A stretch of DNA of 34,399 bases from Planctomycetota bacterium. Its GTDB lineage: Bacteria; Planctomycetota; Planctomycetia; Planctomycetales; Planctomycetaceae. The notes beneath the pieces were generated by a model, which searched no databases, was not told where the DNA came from, and saw only the letters and a list, made by a program, of their open reading frames with translations. The position numbers and the translations under genes were made by a program. Position 1 is the first letter of the stretch; each line of letters starts with the position of its first letter. Shown here in pieces: positions 1 through 10,028 of the stretch. The stretch spans positions 1 through 34,399 of the forward strand of contig JAADHY010000305.1 of NCBI GenBank assembly GCA_013151585.1. The letters are read 5' to 3'.

Positions 1-570
1 GTCGGCCTCCGGCGCCGGCGCCAGCCGCTCCCGTTCAAGGCGGGCCAGAATAAACCGGTCAATTGGATTCCGCACCCATTCGGCGCGACGTACAACCGGA
101 AGTTGCGGCCGCCTCGGCGGCACGAACGACCAATGCTCGGAGTAAGGCGCCCCGACAGCAATCCACCGCCGGATCACCTCAATCTGCGCCGCCGTCAAGG
201 AAAGCCCACTCTCGGGCGGCGGCATCCGTTCCGCTTCATCCTCCGCCGTGATCCGCCGCACGACTTCGCTTTTCTCCGGCCGACCGGGCACGATGGGCCG
301 TTCTCCGCTGTCCGCCTCCCCCACGGCCGAGTCGCGCCGGTCGAGTCGGAAGCCCCCTTCCCGGGACTCCTCATCCGGTCCATGACACCGAAAACAGGCT
401 TTCGCCAAAATCGGACGCACGTCCCCGCTGAACTCGATTCCGGTATGCGTCGCGCTTCCGCCGGCTTCCTCCGAGAAAGCCAAAGAGGCCGCCGCAGTCC
501 ATGCCACGAGCAACGATAAGATCGCCCGAGCGACTCGAACGTTCTGAATTTGGTGGCAAAGCGCGTTCAT
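1..570 (-). CDS. PSCyt1 / DUF1549(PSCyt2) / DUF1553-family cytochrome-c-domain protein; N-terminal 190 codons only, gene runs off the window start
   Basis: It is missing from the ORF track because it has no in-window stop. Hand translation from ATG 570: MNALCHQIQNVRVARAILSLLVAWTAAASLAFSEE..FSGDVRPILAKACFRCHGPDEESREGGFRLD..MPPPESGLSLTAAQIEVIRRWIAVGAPYSEHWSFVPP..NPIDRFILARLE. This shows a signal peptide, a CxxCH haem motif (nt 382-396) and then the DUF1549-type HWSF...NPIDRFI block. Confidence 0.85.
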   Translation of the reverse strand, partial: MNALCHQIQNVRVARAILSLLVAWTAAASLAFSEEAGGSATHTGIEFSGDVRPILAKACFRCHGPDEESREGGFRLDRRDSAVGEADSGERPIVPGRPEKSEVVRRITAEDEAERMPPPESGLSLTAAQIEVIRRWIAVGAPYSEHWSFVPPRRPQLPVVRRAEWVRNPIDRFILARLERERLAPAPEAD

Positions 571-1183
571 AGGTCCGTCCGATAACTCTCAGAATGGACA
601 GGAACAACGATCAGATAGCTCTGTCAGAGGTCTTCAAGGAGTCCGTCCTCCCACCGTCGAAGCGCGCAACTGTTCGCTGCGATGCGCGTCGCCGTATCAG
701 CTCCGATGGTGAACTCTCTCAATGACGGCGGCTCCGGGGCTCCGACTCGAGCTCCATTTCCGCGGCTGGATTCCATTCCAAGAAAAGGCCGGTGAGGCAT
801 TGGCCGTGGCTGTTGCGCTCAATGTAATCGGAGTTTCGACAGGCCTGAGACGCGGACAAGTAACTGAAGGGTATTCTTTCCTTTCAACGAAACCTCATAG
901 CAGAGAAGACGGCGTTGACCTTAATTCTAACTGAACGCAGAGCTGACGCAAAAGGAATTAACGATAGGTGATAAACACGAGAAACATACCAAGATATGAA
1001 AGGATTGATGCCAATCTGCTGTATGGCAAGCATATGTTGAGCGTTTCTGCCGTTTGCGCGACCTATTCAGCGCGTCCAATAACATATTCCCTCGACGATG
1101 AATATGATCCGAGGCCGCGCAGCGTTTACCTCCGCCGAGTTTGGACGGCTAGCTGCCTAAGGGGCTTCTAATCAGATCAATGT

Positions 1184-4015
1184 TTAGGGCTGGATCTTTG
1201 AGTTGGTGAGTTCGATATTGTCCAACATCAAGGTGGTCTTGTGATTGGCCGTGCTGCAGAAACCCAGCCAGTCAAGCGATCGGAACTCTTTGTGGCCGAA
1301 AGGCAGGCCTTGCCACTGCTTTGGCGCCTGGCCCGGCACCTTCACCGTCAGGGCCCACGTTCCCGTCGAATCCGAACCCAGCCCTGTCGACATCTCAACG
1401 TGGATCCATTGGCCAGTCGGAACCGGAAACGGCTTTTGACCGGGGATGTGCATTTGGCCGTCGCGAAAAGAAAGACTTGGCCCCACGTGGTAAGGCCGCG
1501 CGCCGTCCCTCCACTGGACAAACCAAACGGCCCTCTCCGCGTTCCAAAAGTCGAAGGCCAGCCGGGTCACGCCGCTGGCGTGGTGGGGCGAATAGCAGAA
1601 ATGGGGGTTGTAGACTCGATCCAAGTTCGGTGCATCTTGGAGCTTCAAGCACCGCCGCGATCCCTCGGCCCCCTGTCCGGTGATCACGCGAACAAAGGCC
1701 GCTTTTCCCTTCCCGCCATGGTAGACTCGTGCTTGCGGAGGCTCGGCGCCCGGCGGCAGCAGCTCGAAGTCTTCGCGGAAAGTTAGCGGAGGCAGAGGTG
1801 GCGGCGGAGCAGCAAACTCGACCTGCGGATAGGAATAGTCACGGGCCAACTTGACCCAAGCGGGGTCGCCGTACACGCCCGCCTGTGTGTAATCAAACGG
1901 TTTGAAGCCGATCTGGCGCGCTGGCGAGTCCGGCCGCAGACGGTAATCACCGTGTTCGGGATCCACGAACTTCGGATCCGCAATGACCGATCCAGTTCCT
2001 TTATTTGGATGGCCGCCGCCGTTCGGCAGCTTTTTCCACTCTGCGAAGGATAAGCCGTTGAAATCGACTTTCCCTTTTGTGTTCCAGTATAGATTGTGAT
2101 GGAAGACGACGTTTGGATCGGTCGCCGGTCGGCTCAAGAGGGGGCTTTCGTTGCTCCAATAAACAATATTGTTGGTGAAAAAGAACGAGATGTGGTCTTC
2201 GCGGCGCGAGCGTTGAATCTGTCCGTCCATCGACTCGACGAAGATGTTGTTGCGGATGATGTTTTCGCGCCCGTAATGCTGGTGATAGCCACCGGTCTTC
2301 ACGTCGTGAACCAGGTTGTTCTCCATGACGATGTGGCTTGAGCCTTCGTCGTTATAGAGTCCCCAGCCGCCGCGGCCGTAGTAATCGTAGCTGTACACAT
2401 CGTGGATGTGGTTATTCGAAACCGTCGTCCCTTCGGATGGTCCCAAAGTGTACACGCCCCCCATATCACTGAGAACGCCCCAGCCGATGTGATGGATGTG
2501 GTTGAAATCGATCTTGTTCCGTTTTGCCAGGCTTTTCGCGTAGCCCCAGCGCCAGCCGACGGAAATGCCGGTATAGAAGAAGTCGGCGATCTCGTTGTGC
2601 GTCACCTCGTTGTCACCGGAATGGCCGATCCAAACGCCGACGGCTTCGCGGAAAATGCGGCCGCCGCCTCGGATGATGTTGTTATGCACGGTGATGTGGC
2701 CGGTTTGTTCTTCGGGCGACGGATTGTTGTTGTCCCAACCGTGTCCGATACGCACCCCGCCGGCTCCCAGATCATGCAAGTAACACTGCTCAAGTCGACA
2801 GCGGCGGCAATCCCGCCAGAACCAGACGGCATAAGTACCGATGTGAGCGATCTCGCAGTCCTCGAATACGATGTTGCGGCAACCATGTAATTGTACAGCT
2901 CCTTCGATACTGGCCGCTGCCTGCCCGTCACTATGCCCTTGCGGCGGCAGGATGTACTGAGCGAACTGGAACGACAAACCGCGAAAGGTCAAGTGCTCAA
3001 CACGTTGCGGCCCGCCCGGAACTCCGTCCAGCCGCAAGAAAGCGTCGGCGACGGGGGCGACCACCGTGGCCGTGGCGAGGTCTTCATCCGGCCGCGGTTT
3101 GTAGAAAAGCGTTCCGTCCCGATCGAGATACCATTCACCCGGCTCGTCCACGGCCTTTCGAAAGTGCTCGATGTGATACCGCTGACTGGCGCGCCAACGG
3201 AAAAAGGGCCAACGCCCCGGTCCAGTAGTGATGACCACGTTCGTCTTCGGATCGACACTGGCAATCCGGTGCAGCCCCGTCGCCCACGAATGGTAGGCGA
3301 TCAGCGTCACGTCGCTGAGCCGCTCCTTCGGAATGTCGAAGAGCGGACGGATGTCTTCCGCTCGCGCGACGAAGGCACGGCTTTGAAGATTCGCCGGCTT
3401 GCCGGTCAGCGGGTCGACGCCATAGACCACCTTTCGCCGCATGTAGTAGTAGAACTTGTCGGGTTCGCGCGCCCGCACCGCCCGGCGACCATTGATCCAA
3501 AGCTGCTCGAAATACCACTTGCCGGCCACAACCTCCGGGATCCGCACCGACCAAACGCCGTCGCGGCCCTTTTCAAATCCACGGATAACGCGGCCGCCAT
3601 GAAAGACCGGCTTGGCCCCCTCGGCCGCCTGGTAAACGATCGGCGTCTCGGCCGTTCCGCTATCTTCGGGTGTGAACACGACCGGCTCCGTGATGAAATA
3701 GGTCCCATCGGCGAAAAGGACGCGAACCGGTTGTTTCAGTCCGCCGCGTTTTTTCAGCCGCCGGATCGCGTCGCGTGCTCCGGCCAGACTGGCCAGCGGA
3801 CCGTCCGTCCGCGCGGCATTGGGTTTGGCCAAGCGTCCCGACCAAGCGTCGTTGCCGCCGGGGGCAACGTAGAGAACGATCGGTTGCGGCGCGCTGGCGG
3901 GCTTGGCGTCAGCAGCAAGAATAGTGGTCAGGGCTACCACGGCCGCAAGACTCCCCACGAAAAACCGTCCGAAGCGGCGGCCCCACCCCGAAAGCGTGTA
4001 TCGCAAGTTCTCCAC
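1184..4015 (-). CDS. Secreted right-handed parallel beta-helix repeat protein (pectate-lyase fold; probable polysaccharide lyase/hydrolase) with a C-terminal ~200-aa possibly lectin/LamG-like domain
   Basis: Taken from the 979-aa ORF 1184..4123. PbH1-type repeats are present: [48 protein letters not shown]. The N-terminus reads [13 protein letters not shown]...[13 protein letters not shown] prefer the GTG start at 4015, which sits 9 nt after AGGAGG (4030-4025) and gives [37 protein letters not shown], a signal/anchor sequence. The longest ORF starts at 4123. Confidence 0.8.
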   Translation of the reverse strand: MENLRYTLSGWGRRFGRFFVGSLAAVVALTTILAADAKPASAPQPIVLYVAPGGNDAWSGRLAKPNAARTDGPLASLAGARDAIRRLKKRGGLKQPVRVLFADGTYFITEPVVFTPEDSGTAETPIVYQAAEGAKPVFHGGRVIRGFEKGRDGVWSVRIPEVVAGKWYFEQLWINGRRAVRAREPDKFYYYMRRKVVYGVDPLTGKPANLQSRAFVARAEDIRPLFDIPKERLSDVTLIAYHSWATGLHRIASVDPKTNVVITTGPGRWPFFRWRASQRYHIEHFRKAVDEPGEWYLDRDGTLFYKPRPDEDLATATVVAPVADAFLRLDGVPGGPQRVEHLTFRGLSFQFAQYILPPQGHSDGQAAASIEGAVQLHGCRNIVFEDCEIAHIGTYAVWFWRDCRRCRLEQCYLHDLGAGGVRIGHGWDNNNPSPEEQTGHITVHNNIIRGGGRIFREAVGVWIGHSGDNEVTHNEIADFFYTGISVGWRWGYAKSLAKRNKIDFNHIHHIGWGVLSDMGGVYTLGPSEGTTVSNNHIHDVYSYDYYGRGGWGLYNDEGSSHIVMENNLVHDVKTGGYHQHYGRENIIRNNIFVESMDGQIQRSRREDHISFFFTNNIVYWSNESPLLSRPATDPNVVFHHNLYWNTKGKVDFNGLSFAEWKKLPNGGGHPNKGTGSVIADPKFVDPEHGDYRLRPDSPARQIGFKPFDYTQAGVYGDPAWVKLARDYSYPQVEFAAPPPPLPPLTFREDFELLPPGAEPPQARVYHGGKGKAAFVRVITGQGAEGSRRCLKLQDAPNLDRVYNPHFCYSPHHASGVTRLAFDFWNAERAVWFVQWRDGARPYHVGPSLSFRDGQMHIPGQKPFPVPTGQWIHVEMSTGLGSDSTGTWALTVKVPGQAPKQWQGLPFGHKEFRSLDWLGFCSTANHKTTLMLDNIELTNSKIQP

Positions 4016-4172
4016 GACTTGATTCCTCCTCGCTGTCAGTGCATGCTCTTCAGTGGTGTCGATGTCGCTGCCATTGTAACGGGGCGAGAGTCGGTTGCGA
4101 AACGGGTGGGGCAGAAACCGCACGGGGCGACGTGTCGCCGCGTCGCTCGCGAAGATTACCGAGGCAAGAACA

Positions 4173-5738
4173 ATGACCGAGAGAACAGCGAGACGATGTT
4201 TGTTTCTCTTTGTACTCGGCGCGTTCGCCGTTGCGCTCGGAACGCGCCACTGCTTGGCCGCTCCGCGTGAGTCGGGGCGCGTGAACGTGTTGCTGCTAAT
4301 GACCGACGAGCAGCATCACCGCTCCCTGTCGTTGACCGGCAATCCGTACATCCAGACGCCGAACATGGATCGCATCGGCCGTGAAGGTGTCGTCTTCACA
4401 AACGCGACGTGCGTGACGCCCTTCTGCTCGCCGTCGCGAGCCTCAATGATCACCGGCCTTTACCCGCACACGCATCGCATTCTGCTGAACGTGAGCCCGT
4501 CGCGCAACAGGCAGCCGCCGCTTGACCCGAACAAATTTCCGACCACCGAAGTGATCCTTCATCGGCACGGTTACAAGACCGCTCATCGTGGAAAATGGCA
4601 CCTCGGCGACAAGGGGGATTTCCCCTGCTACGAGTCGTGGGCGTATGCAAGCCGCAAGCCGCGCGGGTATGCTCGATTCCTTCAAGAGCACCTTCCCGCA
4701 AAGAAGTTTGCGAATCATCCCAGCCCGGGCCGATACCTCGGCCGTCCCGTCGAGATGATACCAGCGGTGTTGGAAGGATACCGGAAGTTCCACGCGATCC
4801 CAAACAACCGGTTGGCGTACATCGCGACGATCGGCCGGACGGTGATTCCACCAGAGCTGCTGCCGGAGACTCAGATCACAAACCAAGCGATCGAACTTCT
4901 CGAACGCCACGCAAAGGACAACTTCTTCATCACCGTCTCGTGGAGCCCGCCGCACGACTTGTGGGTGATTCCCGAGCCGTACTACAGCCTGGTCGATCGA
5001 GCAACCATCCGGCTTCACGGGACTCGTGATCTGCCGCCCTGGGATCAGCGAGGCGCAAGCAAGCGATTGGGCGACATCATGGGTGAGCCAGGAATCCGCG
5101 AGTACGTGGCGATTTATCATGGCATGGTGAAGTACATCGACGATCAGGTCGGCCGCATCTTGCGCAAGCTGGACGAGCTGGGACTGAGCGACAACACGCT
5201 TGTCATCTTCACCACCGATCACGGCGACATGGTTGGGGCTCATGGTTGCATCGGCAAGTCGATCGCCGGCTTTTACGACGACTTGGTCCGGATTCCGCTT
5301 CTGATGCGTTTGCCGGGGCGCATTCCGGCCGGTCGGAAGGTCGAAGCGCCGGTCAGTCAGATCGATTTCATGCCAACGATTCTCGACTACGTCGGCCTGC
5401 CGGCTCCGGAGAACATCCACGGCCGTTCGCTGCGGCCGCTTATCGAGGGACGCGAAGTCTCCTGGCGGGATCATGCGTTCTGTCAACGAGCGGATCAATT
5501 GCGCATGTTGCGCACCAAACGTTACAAATACGTGTTCGGACGCAAACCGCATGTCGTTGCCCTGTACGACCTGAAAGCCGATCCGAACGAAGACCGCAAC
5601 CTGGCCGATGACCCGGCACACGCTGCGGAACTTCGTTCCATGCACCGCCGGCTGGTCGAGGTGATGCGAAGGGACGGCGATCCGTTGGCTGCGGCCTTTG
5701 ACGTGGATCCGCTCAGCGAACAAGGCAGCGGCCTTTGA
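4173..5738 (+). CDS. Sulfatase (arylsulfatase family, Cys-type formylglycine)
   Basis: Taken from ORF 4095..5738. The internal ATG at 4173 is preceded by GAGG and gives the signal peptide [23 protein letters not shown]. Sulfatase signatures are [12 protein letters not shown] and the FGly motif [11 protein letters not shown] (Cys codon 4425-4427), plus TTDHGD later in the protein. Confidence 0.9.
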   Translation: MTERTARRCLFLFVLGAFAVALGTRHCLAAPRESGRVNVLLLMTDEQHHRSLSLTGNPYIQTPNMDRIGREGVVFTNATCVTPFCSPSRASMITGLYPHTHRILLNVSPSRNRQPPLDPNKFPTTEVILHRHGYKTAHRGKWHLGDKGDFPCYESWAYASRKPRGYARFLQEHLPAKKFANHPSPGRYLGRPVEMIPAVLEGYRKFHAIPNNRLAYIATIGRTVIPPELLPETQITNQAIELLERHAKDNFFITVSWSPPHDLWVIPEPYYSLVDRATIRLHGTRDLPPWDQRGASKRLGDIMGEPGIREYVAIYHGMVKYIDDQVGRILRKLDELGLSDNTLVIFTTDHGDMVGAHGCIGKSIAGFYDDLVRIPLLMRLPGRIPAGRKVEAPVSQIDFMPTILDYVGLPAPENIHGRSLRPLIEGREVSWRDHAFCQRADQLRMLRTKRYKYVFGRKPHVVALYDLKADPNEDRNLADDPAHAAELRSMHRRLVEVMRRDGDPLAAAFDVDPLSEQGSGL

Positions 5739-5864
5739 AGGCGGCGTGTGTGAAGCCGCAATTGTGCGGGCGCCGCAACCGGAGGCCTCCGAGACGACGG
5801 AAAGCGTCCGCGTTTCCGCCGGCTCAATGAAAGATGGGCCGGGACGAACAGAAGGAAGGCGAAG

Positions 5865-7823
5865 ATGGACTGCAGACATATTTGCTGCGTGGCGAGCTGG
5901 GTGGCTTTGTTGGCTTCATGGGGAACGGCTGTGAGCGCCGCCGAATGGACCGTTTGGCCCGTGGATGTGCACGAAAAGGTTTTTCGAGACGCGACGCCTC
6001 CGAAACAGGTTGGCCAGATCGTCCTGCGAGCGGCTCGGAACGAATACGAGCCGGCTCAGATTGCCATCCGCAGTTCCAAGCGGCTCGAGAAAGTTCGCGT
6101 TGAGGTCTCGCCGTTGCGACAGGAAAAGGGTCAGGCCGTCATCGGGTCCGAAGCAATCACGTGGAACTTCGTCGGGTTCATTCCTCTGAAGAAAAACACG
6201 CCACGCTCGGAGCGTCTTCAGTTGCGGCCGGCTCCGTGCGACGTGCCAGACCCGCTGCTTGAAGTGCGATCAATGGACATCCCGGCCGACTTGACACAGC
6301 CGGTCTGGCTCACCGTCCGCTTTCCCGAACAGGCCGCTCCTGGACGTTACCGCGGCCAGGTCACGGTCGTGGTCGGTGGAGTCCGCCAGTCCGTGCCTCT
6401 CGAGTTGACGGTCGATCCGTTCGTCTTGCCCGACGAACGTCACCTTTTTGTGACCAACTGGTTCACTGTCGGCAACATTGCCAAGGCCCATGGCGTCGAG
6501 TTGTGGTCGGAGCCGTTCTGGCAAGTTTTGCGGCGCTACGCCGAGAACATGGCGGCTCACCGACAGAACGTAGTGCTTGTGCCGTGGACGCTGATCGAAG
6601 TGACGCGCGAGCCGGATGGCAATCTGTCGTTCGATTACAGCCGGTTCGACCGATTCGTCAAGCTGTTTGAGCAAGCGGGAGCGGCCGACCGGCTGGAGAT
6701 TTCGCATGTCGGGCATTTCGGCCCGGGCGGCTGGAGCGGCAGCGAAATCGTACTGCGAAACGTCACGGCCACAGACCGCAAAACGGGCAAACGAATCACA
6801 CTGAAGCCGGCGGAAGGGCTCGCCGCGCTTCTGTCCGACCTCCACCGTCATCTGCAAGAACGCGGCTGGCTGGAAAAGGCGATGATTCACGTGGCGGACG
6901 AGCCGTCGATCCACAACGTGGCGTCGTGGCGGAAGGCGTCGCAGTCCGTGCATCGTTGGGCGCCGCGGCTGCGCCGGATCGACGCCATCGAAGGCACCGA
7001 CTTTTCCGGCGCCCTGGAGGTGTGGGTTCCGAAGCTGTCGCACTTCGATCGCTGGCGCGAGGCGTATGAGGCTCGCCGAGGCGACGGCGAATTCTGGTAC
7101 TACATCTGCTGTCACCCGTACGGCAACGTCTATCCGAACCGGTTCCTGGACTACCCGACCGCCTGCGTCCGTGTTTTGCACTGGATTAACTTCGCGGCCG
7201 ACCTGTCTGGTTATTTGCATTGGGGCTGGAACTTCTGGCGCGACGATCCATTCGGTTCGCCCAGCGACCGGTTGCCGCCGGGTGACACGCATGTGGTCTA
7301 TCCCGGCTCAAAAGGGCCGCTGAACTCGATCCGCTGGGAGATGCAGCGCGAAAGCATCGAGGATTACGAATACCTGCACCTGCTGGCCGCCAAGACGGCC
7401 GAGCTGAAAAGGCGACTCGGCCCGGCCGCCGCCTGGCTCGACCCGCGCCGTCGGGCTTTGGAGCTGTGCCGCCGCGTCGTGCCGGCCATTGCCGAGACCG
7501 AGCGCAATCCGGCAAGAATCATGGCGGCGCGTGCGGCCATTGCCGACGAAATCATGGCTTTCGATCAGCCGCCGCTGCTTTTGGTTCAAACGGAGCCGGC
7601 CGCTGGGTCGACGCTGATCGAGGGCCCGATTCTAGTGGAACTGCGAGGGATCACGGAGCCGGGCACTACGGTGAAAGTCAACGGTCGCGCCGTCAAAGTG
7701 CACGCGGACGGCACGTTCTTTTACGGCACACGCCCGACGGGCGAGAAGCACGAAATCCGCATTGAAGCCACGCGGGCCGGCCGGAAGAAAATCGCGATTC
7801 GCCGTTTCCGGATTCGGGATTGA
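5865..7823 (+). CDS. DUF4091 domain protein, GH123-like glycoside hydrolase candidate, secreted
   Basis: A 652-aa ORF with the signal peptide MDCRHICCVASWVALLASWGTAVSAAEW and GAAGGAAGG upstream of the ATG. It has HVADEP (an adjacent Asp-Glu pair, as in GH123) and FWYYICCHPYGNVYPNRFLDYP...LHWGWNFW, which I recognise as DUF4091-like. The family assignment is from memory and was not searched. Confidence 0.7.
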   Translation: MDCRHICCVASWVALLASWGTAVSAAEWTVWPVDVHEKVFRDATPPKQVGQIVLRAARNEYEPAQIAIRSSKRLEKVRVEVSPLRQEKGQAVIGSEAITWNFVGFIPLKKNTPRSERLQLRPAPCDVPDPLLEVRSMDIPADLTQPVWLTVRFPEQAAPGRYRGQVTVVVGGVRQSVPLELTVDPFVLPDERHLFVTNWFTVGNIAKAHGVELWSEPFWQVLRRYAENMAAHRQNVVLVPWTLIEVTREPDGNLSFDYSRFDRFVKLFEQAGAADRLEISHVGHFGPGGWSGSEIVLRNVTATDRKTGKRITLKPAEGLAALLSDLHRHLQERGWLEKAMIHVADEPSIHNVASWRKASQSVHRWAPRLRRIDAIEGTDFSGALEVWVPKLSHFDRWREAYEARRGDGEFWYYICCHPYGNVYPNRFLDYPTACVRVLHWINFAADLSGYLHWGWNFWRDDPFGSPSDRLPPGDTHVVYPGSKGPLNSIRWEMQRESIEDYEYLHLLAAKTAELKRRLGPAAAWLDPRRRALELCRRVVPAIAETERNPARIMAARAAIADEIMAFDQPPLLLVQTEPAAGSTLIEGPILVELRGITEPGTTVKVNGRAVKVHADGTFFYGTRPTGEKHEIRIEATRAGRKKIAIRRFRIRD

Positions 7824-7898
7824 GGCCACGCTTGGCACAAGCTGCCATGTCGATGCACTCTTGAGGGCGGCGGAAACCACGCCCGTGGAGCCATCGGT

Positions 7899-8702
7899 CT
7901 ACGAGCACAGTCCCAACACTTCGGCCGAGGCGGCTTCCACGACGTCGAGCCCAATTCGCTCGCGATGCTCGCTCATCGCGGCCAGCAGTGACAGTTCGCA
8001 CAACCGATTGATTTCTCGCGGCAAACCCCGCGACTTCGCGTAGATCGCCTCGATCGCTTGCAGGTCAAAGGCCTGATCGCTCCAGCCGGCCTTTTGCAAT
8101 AGATCGCTGACGTACCAAACCGTTTCCTCCAAATTCAGTCGGGGCAGCTCGACGCGAAGTTCGGCGTGCTGTTCCACCAGCGGTGCGATCCGTCCCACGT
8201 CGCGCGACTGGCAGGCGACGAGGAAGGTCACCGAACTGAAACGATCCGCTCCGGTGTGGATCAACCGTTGAAGTGCGGCCAGTGTCTCGTCGGACGCTCG
8301 TTCCAGATGGTCGAAGCAGACGACCAAGCGCTGCCGCGTTAGATGAAGCGCTTGGAGGGCATCATTCACTCGCCCAAACGATTGGCGCAGCGTCAGCTTT
8401 CCCATCGGTGGTAATTCCAGAGCGTCTGCCAGCTCCGACAGCAGCTCCGCGGGCTCCAACCCATAACAGTCCACGTATTTGCCCGGACACCGATGCGGTG
8501 GCAACTCGTGCAACAGGACTTTCATCAGCAACGTCTTGCCGGTCCCCGACTCGCCCAGCAAGATGCCGAATCGTCGCTGACACTCGACCAAAAACAGCAG
8601 TCTCGCCAGCGCCTCTTCGTGGCCCGGGCTGGGATGAAACCATTTCGGATCACCATGACACGAAAAAGGCGTTTCCGGCAAAGGCCAATTGGTCCCAGGC
8701 AT
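7899..8702 (-). CDS. ExeA/GspA-like AAA+ (AAA_22) ATPase, short form without a peptidoglycan-binding domain
   Basis: Taken from ORF 7899..8792, with the start most likely at M31 (ATG 8702). The ExeA-type layout is present: [47 protein letters not shown] (Walker A), LVVCFDHLE (Walker B-like) and SRGLPREINRLCELSLL (ExeA-type GxPRxIN). Confidence 0.75.
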   Translation of the reverse strand: MPGTNWPLPETPFSCHGDPKWFHPSPGHEEALARLLFLVECQRRFGILLGESGTGKTLLMKVLLHELPPHRCPGKYVDCYGLEPAELLSELADALELPPMGKLTLRQSFGRVNDALQALHLTRQRLVVCFDHLERASDETLAALQRLIHTGADRFSSVTFLVACQSRDVGRIAPLVEQHAELRVELPRLNLEETVWYVSDLLQKAGWSDQAFDLQAIEAIYAKSRGLPREINRLCELSLLAAMSEHRERIGLDVVEAASAEVLGLCS

Positions 8703-9224
8703 CGCGTTCACCCGTTGAGCTCCCAAAAGAGAATGGGCACCGGCTGCAGAACATGGGGCGGAGCCGACTGTGCGCCACCGACAGCGCACCACACAGTCCG
8801 CCTAATCGTCATAATCGGCACGATCGGAAGCGTGACATGAGCTTGGATCGGCGAGCGCCTGTCCTAAAACGGACCACGGCCGTCCGTCACCAAGCACAAA
8901 AGGTCAGCCCTGCATGGGGCGAACATGGCCGGGTCGGCGTCGGCTTACGGTCGCCGACCGCCCGACGGCTCGGCTGCTCAAGACTCCGGCATCCCAGGAC
9001 CCCGAGAAAGGCGGGCCGGAGCCGCCGTCGGTCTTCGGGGAGGCAGCGAGGAATGCCCCGCGCCTTGAGGTCGTCGGGACGTGGGAACGATCCGCCGCGA
9101 TCGGAAAGGTCAATTGATCCGTTCGAGCTACGGGAAGAGGAAAACCAAACCCGTCCAGACGGCGCCCGTCCGCAGAGCGGCTTCTAGGTTCCACGGAATT
9201 TGGTAGTACTTCTTCGGAGCGCAT

Positions 9225-10028
9225 TCACCGGGTTGGTACCAGCGTGTACATCTTCTTGCGGACCGGATCGATCGTCATGGCGTAGGGCAGGCCCAGAAGC
9301 TGCACGCCGAACTTGCCGACGGAGACGAACGGTTGAATTACGTCGCCGTGGGTGTGGCCGTATCGTTCCAGCGGAACGTCTTGAAAGTAAAGGGGGTTGT
9401 GGTAGAGGTTCGAGGCGGCCCAGGAAAAGACTTGATCGGGGAAGGTTCGGCCTTCGTAAGGTTCTTGGCTCAGCGCTACTTCTTCCGGACACGTGGGGGT
9501 GGCCTTCTCTTCACTCGGCGGACAGGGAGGGCTGCCAGGACGCGGGCAAAGGTTCTTGCAGCGATCGCCCCCCAGCGATTCCGGATCCGGCTCGTAGTCG
9601 TAGTACGGCTGAATTTCCGTGACTTTCTTCAGCTTTTTGGGGTCCCGGACCGGTTCGGGATAGCGGGTCAGGTCGCTTTCCTTTTGATAGGCCACGTACT
9701 GCGACCAAGTCTTTTTCACGACCGAGGCGGGGAGCAGCGTGGCATTATCGGGGAAAGGCGGAGCCGTCCGACTGTTTGTCCGCTTCGGCGGCGCAACGCC
9801 AGCGACTTTGCCCGATTTCGCCGGACCGGACTTCGGTTTCGGTTGAGGTCGCGGGGAGCGGTTCGTCTTACCGCTCTGGGCCTTACCGGCGGTGCGACGT
9901 TCCTTCAGCCAGGCTCCGGCTTGTTCTTGCCAACGCTTTTCGGGCGAGCGTTGCTTCAACCGTTGGATGGGCGGCAAAAAGACCGGTTCACTTCGTTTCT
10001 TGGGAGCTTGACGCGGGCAGCCGGCCAT
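9225..10028 (-). CDS. Conserved hypothetical protein: Lys/Pro-rich N-terminal half, Cys-containing linker and a C-terminal NLYHNPLYFQDVPLERYGH...QPF...LPY block
   Basis: A 267-aa ORF with protein-like composition, whereas the antisense ORF 9333..10097 is Arg-rich junk. I recall the C-terminal motif from uncharacterised planctomycete proteins. The true N-terminus is uncertain (see the 9988-10116 finding). Confidence 0.6.
   Translation of the reverse strand: MAGCPRQAPKKRSEPVFLPPIQRLKQRSPEKRWQEQAGAWLKERRTAGKAQSGKTNRSPRPQPKPKSGPAKSGKVAGVAPPKRTNSRTAPPFPDNATLLPASVVKKTWSQYVAYQKESDLTRYPEPVRDPKKLKKVTEIQPYYDYEPDPESLGGDRCKNLCPRPGSPPCPPSEEKATPTCPEEVALSQEPYEGRTFPDQVFSWAASNLYHNPLYFQDVPLERYGHTHGDVIQPFVSVGKFGVQLLGLPYAMTIDPVRKKMYTLVPTR

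Noticed and set aside
103-607. ORFs 103..519(+), 195..383(-) and 371..607(-)
   Set aside because: All three overlap the minus-strand frame that encodes the signal peptide, CxxCH and DUF1549 sequence. That frame is missing from the ORF track only because it has no in-window stop.
2891-4270. 459-aa + strand ORF
   Set aside because: It is antisense to the beta-helix gene. It is Arg/Gly/Pro-rich with no motifs, which is a typical high-GC shadow ORF.
4443-5879. 478-aa - strand ORF
   Set aside because: It is antisense to the sulfatase gene, which has unambiguous family motifs. Its composition is that of a shadow ORF.
6270-7292. 340-aa - strand ORF
   Set aside because: It is antisense to the DUF4091 gene, Arg-rich and without recognisable motifs.
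7833-7847. TGGCACAAGCTGCCA between the convergent DUF4091 and ExeA-like genes
   Set aside because: It resembles a sigma-54 -24 box, but the GG-to-GC spacing is 2 nt too short and no gene lies downstream. It is better read as a weak 5-bp hairpin (TGGCA-N5-TGCCA), and even as a terminator it is marginal because it has no T-tract.
8273-9187. 304-aa + strand ORF
   Set aside because: It is antisense to the ExeA-like ATPase and the adjacent spacer. Its Arg/Pro/Ser-rich composition is not protein-like.
8904-9224. 106-aa - strand ORF whose ATG directly abuts the stop of the upstream gene (TGAATG)
   Set aside because: The stop-start juxtaposition is suggestive, but the product is Arg/Ser/Pro/Gly-rich with no hydrophobic core or motif. 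I cannot support it as a gene.
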